DNA of 64,000 bases, from the NCBI GenBank assembly GCA_900299145.1, contig OMIN01000058.1, forward strand, positions 3,843-67,842. The letters run 5' to 3'. Source of the stretch: Betaproteobacteria bacterium. Lineage in GTDB: Bacteria > Pseudomonadota > Gammaproteobacteria > Burkholderiales > SG8-41. How positions within the stretch are numbered: position 1 is the first letter of the stretch; each line of letters starts with the position of its first letter. The position numbers were made by a program, and so were the translations under genes. The notes under the pieces are model-generated. The model saw only the letters and a program-made list of their open reading frames with translations, searched no databases and had not been told where the DNA came from. Shown here piece after piece: positions 1-8,957 of the stretch.

Positions 1-675
1 AGCGCGGTATTTAGTAAATTACCGTTCGATGCAGTGCGCGACTTCGCGCCCATTACCATCGTCATGGCATCACCTTTTTTGCTGGTAGTGCATCCGTCGC
101 TGCCGGCCAAGACGGTGACTGAGCTGGTTGCGGTGTCCAAATCGCGCGGCAACCTGTCGTATTCATCGTTCGGCCCGGCAAGCATTGCGCATTTCGGCAT
201 GGAGCTCATCATGCTCAAAACGGGTATGCGGCTCACGCATGTTCCCTACAAGGGCGGTGCGCCCTCGGCGGCGGCGCTGGTCGGCGGTGAAGTCAACGCG
301 TCGCTCGATTCGGTGCAAAACCAGCTGCAGTTTATCCGCGGCAATCGCGTGCGCGCGTTGGCGCTAGCGGGCAGCTCGCGTCTGAAATCGCTCCCGGATG
401 TGCCCACGCTGGCGGAAGCCGGCATCGCCGGTGCGGAGATCGGCGGCTGGTATGCGTTGCTTGCACCCGCAGGCACGCCCAGGGCCATCATCAGCCGCAT
501 TTACGATGAAACACAAAAAGCGTTCAAGACGTCGCCGGAATTACGCGAACGATTTGAATCCACCGGCTCCGAACTGGTGCTCAACACGCCGGAAGTATTC
601 GCCGCGCGCATCAGGCAGGAAATTGCGGAATACACCAAGGTGGCGCGCGCGGCCAATATCACGGTCGGGCAGTAG
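1..675 (+). CDS. Bug/TctC-family periplasmic substrate-binding protein, C-terminal part (5' end off window)
   Basis: Frame 1 is open from base 1; the ORF track starts at an internal M at 34. Motifs PYKGGAPS and GWYALLAPAGTP. Paralogous to five other ORFs in the window. Confidence 0.85.
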   Translation, partial: SAVFSKLPFDAVRDFAPITIVMASPFLLVVHPSLPAKTVTELVAVSKSRGNLSYSSFGPASIAHFGMELIMLKTGMRLTHVPYKGGAPSAAALVGGEVNASLDSVQNQLQFIRGNRVRALALAGSSRLKSLPDVPTLAEAGIAGAEIGGWYALLAPAGTPRAIISRIYDETQKAFKTSPELRERFESTGSELVLNTPEVFAARIRQEIAEYTKVARAANITVGQ

Positions 676-721
676 CGGTGTAATCAGCCGTGAACTGGAA
701 CCACAAAGGGCGCCCGGCGTG

Positions 722-1282
722 TCACGGATTTTCAGGTTCGAACTGAACCGTCTGCCCGCGCAGGGTGATTGAACTCGTGAGCTTGACCGGGTTTACGATC
801 AACTGTTCGGCAAAGCATCCGCCCTTGGCGTTGCGCACGAGCGCCACGATTTTCTCCATCGGCTCGTCCGAATCAATATCAAGACGGGTGTTCACCCCCT
901 GCCAGCTGCCTTTCACCGTGCCCTGCAGCACCGAGCCGGATACCTGAAAATCGAGTTCAACGTGGCAGCGCGCCTTTTTCACTTTGAGCTTCATCATGGA
1001 CGCGTACCGCGCCACCTGAGTCAGCAGTCAAAAGCCGATGCCGAGCGCGAGATAACTCATCGGCGGCGCATGCCGGTTGGTGCCGCCGATGGTGGGTGGT
1101 TCATCCGAGTAAATGGTGAAGCCGCGCGAGTTGCCTACCTTAAGATGAGTCTCGTTTTCGATCGACTCCGTATCGGCGACCAGATGCATGGCGAGGCCCT
1201 GGCTCGGCAGTTCGGGTTTGTCGGTGATGCGTTCGCCGGGCTTGGTGCTCTGCTCGGCTGCGTTTAGCGGCTTTTCAGTCAT
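722..1282 (-). CDS. OsmC/Ohr-family peroxiredoxin-like protein with in-frame TGA at the conserved Cys position (candidate selenoprotein, otherwise pseudogene)
   Basis: ORF-track pieces 1028..1390 and 722..1015 share one frame and are separated only by TGA at 1028..1030: ...GGTNRHAPPMSYLALGIGF-TGA-LLTQVARYASMM... Second family Cys lies in GGCFAEQ. ATG at 1282 is preceded by GAGGAG. The track's longer N-terminus is a TTG extension into repeat copy A. Confidence 0.6.
996..1015 (-). promoter_or_regulatory. Candidate bacterial SECIS-like hairpin downstream of the in-frame UGA
   Basis: mRNA reads UGA-CUGCUGACUCAG-GUGGCGCG-GUA-CGCG(U)CCAU. Stem of about 8 bp with one bulged U, G-rich apical loop (GGUAC if the closing pair opens). 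The loop lies about 20 nt after the UGA. Confidence 0.4.
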
Positions 1283-1380
1283 GAAGTGCTCCTCGGTTGG
1301 CAATTGCTCGCGATGCAACGGATTGCCTATAGTGGCGCGATAGACGGCTTCCGGTTCCGGCCGGGCCGTCGGCGCATGGA

Positions 1381-1405
1381 AAAAATTCAATAAAACAAAT
1401 ACTTA
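1381..1405 (-). repeat. AT-rich dispersed repeat, copy A
   Basis: TAAGTATTTGTTTTATTGAATTTTT. Lies between the TPP-enzyme stop and the OsmC-like start. Confidence 0.85.
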
Positions 1406-1498
1406 CGATAGGCTGTTATACGCCCTCCACCCTTCACTCTTCACAACTTGCAAGATTTGAAACAGCCGCTTGTCGAAGCCAGCTTCTGTTCTGCCCCA

Positions 1499-3124
1499 TC
1501 AAAGCTTCGACACGCGCGTTTCCTTGCTGGTGATAAATTCCAGCAGCGCGGGTTTGCCTTGCTGCGTTGCTTCGATGCCACGCCGGATTGCCGCCTTGAT
1601 GTCGCCCGGCTGCGTTACGCGCTCGCCGTGGCCGTCGAAGGCTTTCGCCATGTCGGCATAGTTGCCGGAGATGTCGGTCGAGCGGTATTTCTCGGTGGAA
1701 ACCGGCATCACCTTCAACTCAATCGCCATCGAGAAATTGTTTAACAGGATGGACATGATGGGTATGCGCTCGCGCACGGCGGTTTCAAAATCCATGCCGG
1801 TAAAGCCAATCGCCGCGTCGCCCCAGATGTTCATGCACAGCTTGTCGGGCTTGGCGAGCTTTGCGCCCATTGCCATGCCGAGGCCGGAGCCGAGTTGCGT
1901 GGTCTTGCCCCAGCCCATGTAGGAGAGCGGCGTGGTGGACACCCAGAACGGCGTGATCTGATCACGCGGGCTGCCGGCATCATGGGTGATGATGCAGTTG
2001 TCGCGGTCGACCGTGTGCATCAAATCCCAGATCACGCGATACGGGTTCAGCGGCGCATCGTTGCTGGTGAGTAGCGGCATCCACTGCGCCAGAAACTGCT
2101 CGCGCAGTTTGGTGATTTCAGCGACAACGGCGGAGGCATCGCGCGGCGATTTAATCGTCTGGCCCAGTTCGCCGATCAGTGCCTGCAACACCAGTTGTGC
2201 ATCGCCCAGGAGCGCCACTTCCGCGCGCACGTCCTTGTTCAGGTGATCGGGTTCCAGCGTGGCGTGCACGAATTTCTTGCCCGCCGGAAACTTGATGCCG
2301 AAGTTGGTTTCGGTGAACGAGCAGCCGATGCCGATGATGAGATCGGCATTCTTGATGAATTCATGCACCGCCAGCGGTACCGAATTGCCGCCGGAGCCGA
2401 GCGACAGCGGATGATTCTCCGGAAAGCTCGACTTGCCACCGAGGCTGGTGGTGACCGGCGCACCGAGCAGCTCCGCGAACTGCTTCAGCTCCGCCCACGC
2501 TTCCGCCCACTGCACGCCCGTGCCCGCGTAGATGACTGGGCGCTTGGCCGCGAGAATCGCTGCAGCCGCCTTGCGCACATCTGCCGGATCGGGCGCGGTG
2601 CGGGCCTTGACCACCGGCGTGTAGTCAAAATCACCGATTTCCTCCTGCCAGATATCCGTGGGCACTTCAATCAAGCAAGGCCCGCCGCGGCCGTTGCGCA
2701 ACTTGGAAAAAGCCCGCCGCAGCGCATTGGGCGTCTCCTTCGGCATCATCAGGTGTTCGGCGGATTTGCTGACGCTGCGCATGTGTAGCGCCGATGAAAA
2801 ATTCGGGTCCACGCCCGCGATGCGCCGCGCGTAGCCCTGCGGCACCACCAGCACCGGAATGTTCTCGCTGTAGCACTGCGCAACCCCGCCATAGGCGTTC
2901 TCGGCGCCCGGCCCGTGCTGCATGCAAAACGCGCCGATTTTTTTGCCCGAAGTCACGCGCGAAATCGCATCGGCCATGTGCAAGCCGATGCGCTCCTGGC
3001 GCACGATGATCGGGCGGATGTTCTGCGCCGCCGCGAATTCGATCAGATGATTCACCGGATAACCGCAGAGTATTTCCATACCCTCGGCCTTCATGGCCTT
3101 CGCAATCGCTTCGCCGACTTTCAT
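1499..3124 (-). CDS. Thiamine-diphosphate-dependent enzyme, acetolactate synthase large-subunit family
   Basis: Full-length family resemblance, including the GDAAIGFTGMDFETAV...LLNN ThDP motif. Start moved to ATG 3124 (MKVGEAIAKAMK...), preceded by GGAGG. Confidence 0.85.
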   Translation of the reverse strand: MKVGEAIAKAMKAEGMEILCGYPVNHLIEFAAAQNIRPIIVRQERIGLHMADAISRVTSGKKIGAFCMQHGPGAENAYGGVAQCYSENIPVLVVPQGYARRIAGVDPNFSSALHMRSVSKSAEHLMMPKETPNALRRAFSKLRNGRGGPCLIEVPTDIWQEEIGDFDYTPVVKARTAPDPADVRKAAAAILAAKRPVIYAGTGVQWAEAWAELKQFAELLGAPVTTSLGGKSSFPENHPLSLGSGGNSVPLAVHEFIKNADLIIGIGCSFTETNFGIKFPAGKKFVHATLEPDHLNKDVRAEVALLGDAQLVLQALIGELGQTIKSPRDASAVVAEITKLREQFLAQWMPLLTSNDAPLNPYRVIWDLMHTVDRDNCIITHDAGSPRDQITPFWVSTTPLSYMGWGKTTQLGSGLGMAMGAKLAKPDKLCMNIWGDAAIGFTGMDFETAVRERIPIMSILLNNFSMAIELKVMPVSTEKYRSTDISGNYADMAKAFDGHGERVTQPGDIKAAIRRGIEATQQGKPALLEFITSKETRVSKL

Positions 3125-3317
3125 GGAACCTCCGATGGGTGTTTTGCAGGAACTAAAATGGTTTGCCGTCTCTGCCAATTTAGCCGCTAACCCGCATAGC
3201 GTCAAACCGTCAATCACCGTGAAGCGCGTCCGCATGCCGGGTTCGCGCCCCAGCCGAAATGCCACGCTGGTATAGAATGCCTCTCAGGGGCCACGGGTTA
3301 GCGCAGGGGGTAACGAT

Positions 3318-4961
3318 ATGGATACAGCAGCAGAGGCCGGTAGCGCCGGCACCGGCGCTTCAGCGCGTCTGGATTTCGACGCCATAGTCATCGGCGCGGG
3401 CGTCACCGGGCTGTATCAGCTGTATAAGCTGCGCGAGTTGGGCGTGCGGGTACGTGCGTTCGAAGCCGGCAGCAGGGTGGGTGGCACCTGGTACTGGAAC
3501 CGCTACCCCGGCGCCCGCTTCGATTCGGAAAGCTGGACCTACGGCTACGCGTTTTCCAGAGAACTGCTCAACGAGTGGGACTGGAGCGAACACTTTGCAC
3601 CCCAGCCCGAAACCGAGAGATATCTTAATTTTGTCGCCGACAAGTTTGATTTGCGCCGCGACATTCAATTCAATACGCGCGTGACCGCCGCGCACTACCG
3701 CGAAGACACACGCAACTGGGAAATCACCCTTCACGACGGCAGCCGCCGCACGACGCGGTTTCTGGTGACCGCCATCGGCATACTTTCCGCACCGGTGATG
3801 CCGAACATTCCCGGGGTTGAGTCGTTCAAGGGCCAATCCTGCCACACGCACAATTGGCCGAAAGAAACGGTGAGTTTTGCCGGCAAGCGCGTTGGCATTA
3901 TTGGCACCGGCGCCACCGCCGTGCAGATTATCCAGACGATAGCGAAAACCGTTGGCCATCTGACGATATTTCAGCGCACGCCGAACTGGTGCGCGCCGCT
4001 CAACAACAGCAGGATTTCCACGGAAGAAATGCGCGGCATACGCGCTCGCTATGGCGAAATACTCGCGCGCTGCCGCGAAACCCCCGGCTGCTATGTGCAT
4101 TCCACTGACCCGCGCTCGACACTCAACACCACGCCCGAAGAGCGCACGGCGTTTTGGGAAAAGCGTTACGCTTCGCCCGGCTTTGGTTTCTGGCAGGGCA
4201 ATTTTCAAGACATGCTGACCGACCGCGCCGCCAACGCGCTGGCGAGCGAATTCATCGCCAACAAGATTCGTAGCCGCGTGCATGACCCGGTGGTCGCCGA
4301 AAAGCTGATTCCGAAAGACCACGGCGTCGGCATGCGCCGGCAGCCGCTGGAGACCGGCTACTACGAAGTCTACAACCAGCCCAACGTCGAACTGGTCGAT
4401 GTCAGGGAAACGCCCATCGAGCGGGTAACCGCTGCCGGCATACAAACCAGCGCAAAGGCCCACGACTTCGACATCATCATTTACGCCACCGGCTTTGACG
4501 CCATTACCGGCACGTTTGACCGCATGGATATCCGGGGCGTCAATGGTCTGAGGCTGAAAGAGGTTTGGGCCAACGGGCCGCAAACGTATTTGGGCGTGTT
4601 CGTGCAGGGCTTTCCGAACCTGTTGATGGCAATGGGGCCGCATGCCGGCCTTGGCAATTACACGCGCTGCGCGGAATACAGTGTCGAGTGGGTGACGGGT
4701 GTCATTCAATATGCGACGCAGCGCGGGCTCACCCGAGTTGCAGCGACTGCCGAAGGCGTGCGCGAATGGACCGATTACGTGCTGGGTCTGGGGCAGGGCC
4801 AGCTCATGAACGAAACCGGCTCGTGGATGACCGGCGTCAACCGCAATCTCGAAGGCAAGCAAACGCCCAGAATCATGCGCTACAGCGGCGGCCATCCGGC
4901 GTACCGGGAACACTGCGATGCGGTTGCGGCGGCGGGTTATCCGAGGCTAGCGCTGGCCTAG
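3318..4961 (+). CDS. Type I Baeyer-Villiger monooxygenase (cyclohexanone monooxygenase-like flavoprotein)
   Basis: N-terminal GAGVTG FAD fold. BVMO fingerprint FxGxxxHxxxWP present as FKGQSCHTHNWP. Second Rossmann motif GIIGTGATA. Confidence 0.9.
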   Translation: MDTAAEAGSAGTGASARLDFDAIVIGAGVTGLYQLYKLRELGVRVRAFEAGSRVGGTWYWNRYPGARFDSESWTYGYAFSRELLNEWDWSEHFAPQPETERYLNFVADKFDLRRDIQFNTRVTAAHYREDTRNWEITLHDGSRRTTRFLVTAIGILSAPVMPNIPGVESFKGQSCHTHNWPKETVSFAGKRVGIIGTGATAVQIIQTIAKTVGHLTIFQRTPNWCAPLNNSRISTEEMRGIRARYGEILARCRETPGCYVHSTDPRSTLNTTPEERTAFWEKRYASPGFGFWQGNFQDMLTDRAANALASEFIANKIRSRVHDPVVAEKLIPKDHGVGMRRQPLETGYYEVYNQPNVELVDVRETPIERVTAAGIQTSAKAHDFDIIIYATGFDAITGTFDRMDIRGVNGLRLKEVWANGPQTYLGVFVQGFPNLLMAMGPHAGLGNYTRCAEYSVEWVTGVIQYATQRGLTRVAATAEGVREWTDYVLGLGQGQLMNETGSWMTGVNRNLEGKQTPRIMRYSGGHPAYREHCDAVAAAGYPRLALA

Positions 4962-4991
4962 TCCAAACCCAATCACCAAAAAGAAGTCACC

Positions 4992-5741
4992 ATGCCGTTT
5001 TATCAGAAGGGAGATGTCCGCATCCGCTACGAAGAAGCCGGAAAAGGTTTTCCGCTGCTGCTCGTGCCCGGCGGCGGGCTGAACTCGCGCATCAGCAACT
5101 GGAAGACTGCCGTGTTCAACTCGATGGAGGTATTCAGCAACGAGTTTCGCTGCATCACCATGGATCAAAGGAACGCCAACGGCGGCGAATCCACCGGCCC
5201 CATTCCCGCAGCTAGTCCGTGGGACGCCTTTGCCGACGACCAACTCGGCTTGATGGATTATCTGGGCGTCAAACAATTTTTGTTTATGGGCAACTGCATC
5301 GGTGGCTGCTTCGCCATGAAACTGATGGAGCGTGCGCCCGAGCGCGTGAGGGGCGCGGTGCTGGTGCAAACCGTCGGCCACCATCCGCAACATCCGGATT
5401 ACATGTACAACTCCGGTCGCGACGTGTGGGCGCCGGAACTGCTGCCCAAGCGCCCCGATCTCAATCCGGCGCAGATCGAACCTTATCTGCACGCGCTTTA
5501 CCGCACGCGTCCGGAGTTCGTATATAGCGTAAGCAAGGATTTCGCGCGGTCGTGCCAAACACCGATTCTGGTTTTGCCCGATGAAACGCCAGCCCACCCG
5601 TTCGTGGTCTCCAATGAAGTGGCATCACTCTGCCCCAACGCCGATATCAGCGTGTTCCCGTGGCGCGAACCGCCGGAGTTGAAAGCGCGGACGATTGAGA
5701 AAGTGCGGCGGTTTTTGCGAGCGAACCGGTCAGCAGGATAA
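4992..5741 (+). CDS. Alpha/beta-hydrolase fold protein with Cys in the nucleophile elbow (GNCIGG)
   Basis: LLLVPGGG oxyanion-type turn. Nucleophile-elbow pattern Sm-x-Nu-x-Sm-Sm reads G-N-C-I-G-G. Lies immediately downstream of the BVMO. Confidence 0.7.
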   Translation: MPFYQKGDVRIRYEEAGKGFPLLLVPGGGLNSRISNWKTAVFNSMEVFSNEFRCITMDQRNANGGESTGPIPAASPWDAFADDQLGLMDYLGVKQFLFMGNCIGGCFAMKLMERAPERVRGAVLVQTVGHHPQHPDYMYNSGRDVWAPELLPKRPDLNPAQIEPYLHALYRTRPEFVYSVSKDFARSCQTPILVLPDETPAHPFVVSNEVASLCPNADISVFPWREPPELKARTIEKVRRFLRANRSAG

Positions 5742-5759
5742 ATCAGCAAACTGTAATCA

Positions 5760-6887
5760 ATGACAATTCCTACCGAAATTGACCCGACAACGCTCGAAGC
5801 TCTGCGCGAGAGCGTCGCCGGCGTGTTAACGGAGCAATGCGGCAGCACGGCGCTGCATGCCTTCATCGATGGCAAGACCGCGCTCGACCGCGATCTGTGG
5901 GCACAGGCAGCATCGCTCGGATGGCTCGGCTTCGGCATTGCCGAGCAATACGATGGTCTCGGACTGGGTTTGCACGGCCTTGGCATCCTGCACACGGAAC
6001 TTGGCCGCCAGGCCGCGCCGGGGCCGTATGTGGCGACGCTTTGCGCGGGCCAGGCGATTGCCGCTGGCGGCACGGAGGCCGTGCGCAAAGCCTGGCTGCC
6101 GCGCATCGCGGCCGGCGAGATTCGCGCAGCCATCCCTGTCTCGCTGAATGACAACCAGCGCATTAGACAGAGCGCCGGATTGACGTTGTCCAATGCGGGC
6201 GTATCGGGCGAGTTGCGCTGTCTGGGCTCCGCCGATGCGGCATTCCTCCTCGCCCCCGCCGGTGATGTCTGGGTTATCGTCGAACTGGCCGGAGCAGCCG
6301 GGGCCAACACGGCCCCAGTAGCCATGTGGGACCGCACGCGCGAAACCATCGATGTCAGGCTGCGAGACGCGAAACCCGCCGCCATTCTGGAAGACGCCGC
6401 GGGTGTCGCCACGGCGCTGCTGCAGGCCATGACGCTCGCGATAGCGGCAGACAGCGCCGGCGCTGCGCGATCCATCACCGAGCGCACCATCGCCTACATG
6501 AAGACTCGCCAGCAATTCGGGCAACCGATTGCCGGATTTCAGGCGTTGAAACATCGTGCTGCAGATCTCGCCACCCGTCTTGCGGTGATGGACGAACTGG
6601 TGGCGCATGCCTTGCACCGCGCGACCATGGGCGCGGTGGACGCGGAGATCTGGACATCACTCGCCAAGGCCGAAACCACGGAACACTTCGTGTTCATCGC
6701 CACGGATTGCGTGCAACTTCACGGCGGCGTTGGGTACACGTGGGAATACGATCCGCACATTTACCTGAAGCGCGCGCGGCTTAACGAAATACTGGCGATG
6801 GCGAACCCGGCGCTGCGCGACCACGCAGCCGCTGCGCTTGCCGACACCACTCGTGCCGGACATTCCGCATTGGAGTTGGGTTTATGA
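5760..6887 (+). CDS. Acyl-CoA dehydrogenase family protein (first of a coupled pair)
   Basis: ACAD-like middle and C-terminal domains (...FGQPIAGFQALKHRAAD..., HGGVGYTWEYD). The ATGA overlap at 6884..6887 couples it to the next ACAD. Confidence 0.8.
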   Translation: MTIPTEIDPTTLEALRESVAGVLTEQCGSTALHAFIDGKTALDRDLWAQAASLGWLGFGIAEQYDGLGLGLHGLGILHTELGRQAAPGPYVATLCAGQAIAAGGTEAVRKAWLPRIAAGEIRAAIPVSLNDNQRIRQSAGLTLSNAGVSGELRCLGSADAAFLLAPAGDVWVIVELAGAAGANTAPVAMWDRTRETIDVRLRDAKPAAILEDAAGVATALLQAMTLAIAADSAGAARSITERTIAYMKTRQQFGQPIAGFQALKHRAADLATRLAVMDELVAHALHRATMGAVDAEIWTSLAKAETTEHFVFIATDCVQLHGGVGYTWEYDPHIYLKRARLNEILAMANPALRDHAAAALADTTRAGHSALELGL

Positions 6888-8068
6888 GCAGCATCCTCGA
6901 AGCGAAAGACGATCTGCCCAAATTCCGCGCGGAAATTCGGGCGTGGCTGGCGGACGCCGTGCCCGCCGACTGGAAGGCGCGCATGGCCCGTGCAACCAAT
7001 GAGGAATACATCGCCGGGCAACGCTGGTGGATGGCGGAACGCCGCAAAGTCGGGCTTGCCGTGCCGCACTGGCCGGCCGAATACGGCGGCGCTGGCCTGA
7101 CGCTGCAGCACCTCATCGTGATCGCCGGCGAAATGGCGCGCGCGGATGCGCCACTTACCCGCATGTTCACCATTTCGCTGATTCATTTGCCCGGCACACT
7201 GTTTCCGCACGGGACCGAGGCGCAGAAGCGGCGTTACCTTGCCGGCGTGGCCAAGGGCGATGTGTGGTGCCAGGGCTTTTCCGAGCCCAACTCCGGCTCC
7301 GACCTAGCTTCGTTGCGCTGCCGCGCGGTGCGTGACGGCGATCGTTACGTGATCAACGGGCAGAAAATCTGGTCGTCGTATTCAATGTACGCCGACCACT
7401 GTATCCTGCTGACCCGCACCGATCCGGATGCGCAAAAACACCGCGGCATCAGTTATTTCATCATGGATATGCGCGCGCCGGGCGTCGAGGTGCGGCCCAT
7501 CCGGCAGGCCAACGGCCGCGCCGAGTTCGGCGAAATCTTTCTTACCAATGTCAGCATTCCCGCCGAAAACATGATCGGCCGTGAAAACAACGGCTGGCGC
7601 GTGGCGCAGGCGACGCTCGCCTCGGAGCGCGGCGTCATCGCGTTCGAGGGTGCCGAGCGGCAGTGTTACGAGATCGAGGCGTTCTATCGCAAGGCGCTGG
7701 CGAGCAACGCGGCTTGGCTCAATGATGATCAACTGCGCCGCGAGTTCATGGGCTTTCTCGCGGAAATGCAGGCGGGGCGGCGCATGCTGCGGCGCGTGCT
7801 GGCGGAAAGCGAAACGCCGGAAGCTTCCGCCAGCGTGTTGCCGTCGCTGGTGAAGCTGTCGGCCACCGTGTTGCGTCAGCGGATTTGCTCGTTCATGACG
7901 CGCATAGCCGGTATTGAAGGCCAGGATTTCGCGCTGCTGGCGGAGGAACCGTTTGGCAGCCCGATGTTCGATTTTCTGAGCGCGTTCTCCGGCACCATTG
8001 CCGGCGGCACCAACGAGATTCAGCGCAATATCGTGGCGGAACGCGGTCTTGGCATGCCGCGAATCTGA
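6884..8068 (+). CDS. Acyl-CoA dehydrogenase family protein (second of a coupled pair)
   Basis: WCQGFSEPNSGSDLASL motif; C-terminal GGTNEIQRNIVAERGLGMP. Confidence 0.85.
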   Translation: MSSILEAKDDLPKFRAEIRAWLADAVPADWKARMARATNEEYIAGQRWWMAERRKVGLAVPHWPAEYGGAGLTLQHLIVIAGEMARADAPLTRMFTISLIHLPGTLFPHGTEAQKRRYLAGVAKGDVWCQGFSEPNSGSDLASLRCRAVRDGDRYVINGQKIWSSYSMYADHCILLTRTDPDAQKHRGISYFIMDMRAPGVEVRPIRQANGRAEFGEIFLTNVSIPAENMIGRENNGWRVAQATLASERGVIAFEGAERQCYEIEAFYRKALASNAAWLNDDQLRREFMGFLAEMQAGRRMLRRVLAESETPEASASVLPSLVKLSATVLRQRICSFMTRIAGIEGQDFALLAEEPFGSPMFDFLSAFSGTIAGGTNEIQRNIVAERGLGMPRI

Positions 8069-8134
8069 GCGGTAGCGTCAGCTTCAGCCCCAGACCGGTG
8101 CTGAAAGCGTAGACGCGGTAAGCATCGGTCGATT

Positions 8135-8160
8135 AAAAGCATAAATAAATCATATACTTA
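8135..8160 (-). repeat. AT-rich dispersed repeat, copy B
   Basis: TAAGTATATGATTTATTTATGCTTTT. Starts at the stop codon of 8158..8832. Confidence 0.8.
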
Positions 8161-8832
8161 TAAGGTATTCTCAGTGGCTCTTGCCGTGTCCTCCGGCACG
8201 CCCAAGCGGTACACCGTCCGCCGCTGCCCGTCACAGGCGGGCGACGACTGCGCTGTGCGAATTACCCGATACGGACACGGCCCGGCGCGGCGGCCTTCGG
8301 GCGTGAGCGTGGCGTCAGCGCGTGCATCCTTAACACTACTCCAGATGCTGCCCGCTACCGGTCGGAACAGCCACATCAGATAGCCGCGGCGCGCGGCGAG
8401 TTCGATCAGTTCGTCGGCATCCGGCGCTTCGCTGACGGCGAGCGGATGGCCCCGCATGCGCAGTGCGTAAGCGCCGAACGCCTGCATGCACACCAGCGGT
8501 TCCGTGTGCTTTGCGCCGGGGCGCACGCACGCCGGCTGCTCCGCGCGCTGCACATCCCATGCGCCCATGTGCCACGCAGCCTCCAGCGTGGCCTGATCGA
8601 CGTCCGCCAGATCGTCCCAGCGGTCGTTTACCTGCAACGCGGAGCTCGGCACGGGCGTGTAGGCGACGGCCTGCGCGGATTCGACATCGGCGAGTTTTTG
8701 CTTGATGAAGCCGTGCCAGTGCAGCGTCAGTATCACCGGCGTGTCCGGGCACGGCACCGCAGCCAGCGTGACGCCCACCAGCGGCAAACCGGTGGCGGTG
8801 ATTTGCTCCTCGATGCGCTTAAGCAATTTCAT
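8158..8832 (-). CDS. Hypothetical protein
   Basis: Long ORF with GC-rich third codon positions. No family recognised by eye. Its stop codon abuts repeat copy B. Confidence 0.5.
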   Translation of the reverse strand: MKLLKRIEEQITATGLPLVGVTLAAVPCPDTPVILTLHWHGFIKQKLADVESAQAVAYTPVPSSALQVNDRWDDLADVDQATLEAAWHMGAWDVQRAEQPACVRPGAKHTEPLVCMQAFGAYALRMRGHPLAVSEAPDADELIELAARRGYLMWLFRPVAGSIWSSVKDARADATLTPEGRRAGPCPYRVIRTAQSSPACDGQRRTVYRLGVPEDTARATENTL

Positions 8833-8957
8833 GATCCGCTATCTCCTTTTCAAAATTGAACCGGTGATAAACTCGAATGCAAATTGCGTGCCGCTTTGCA
8901 GGCTTTTTTCTTTAACGGTACAAACCGCACAGCCGTTGACGCAGCGATAATGCCTTC

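Noticed and set aside
1283-1390. TTG/GTG-initiated N-terminal extensions in the ORF track (MNFFHAP..., MNFLEYG..., MKTDTYD..., MQSCKVD...)
   Set aside because: These extensions begin at TTG codons created by the repeat (TTGAAT...) or by upstream spacer sequence. Downstream ATG codons with proper RBS fit the family N-termini better. This affects 1028..1390, 21965..23122, 33757..34749 and 30481..31470.
3360-4913. 517-aa ORF antisense to the BVMO gene
   Set aside because: Typical GC-rich shadow ORF. It has Arg/Ala/Gly/His-rich low-complexity translation, no motifs and no RBS, and it lies fully inside a gene with strong family signatures.
8838-8860. Degenerate matches to the AT-rich repeat (8838..8860, 47826..47851, 53737..53765, 5742..5762)
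   Set aside because: They share only part of the core (TATCT..TTTT or GGGTTTGTG...TTTTGTTT) and lack the TAAGTAT head. They are not counted among the 16 copies, but they may be decayed members.
8896-8957. Possible BirA/biotin operator upstream of bioA (TTAACGG-N14-CCGTTGAC imperfect palindrome)
   Set aside because: Only a 5-bp inverted match, with no resemblance to the bio operator I can recall. bioA stands alone without bioFDB, so regulation cannot be inferred.
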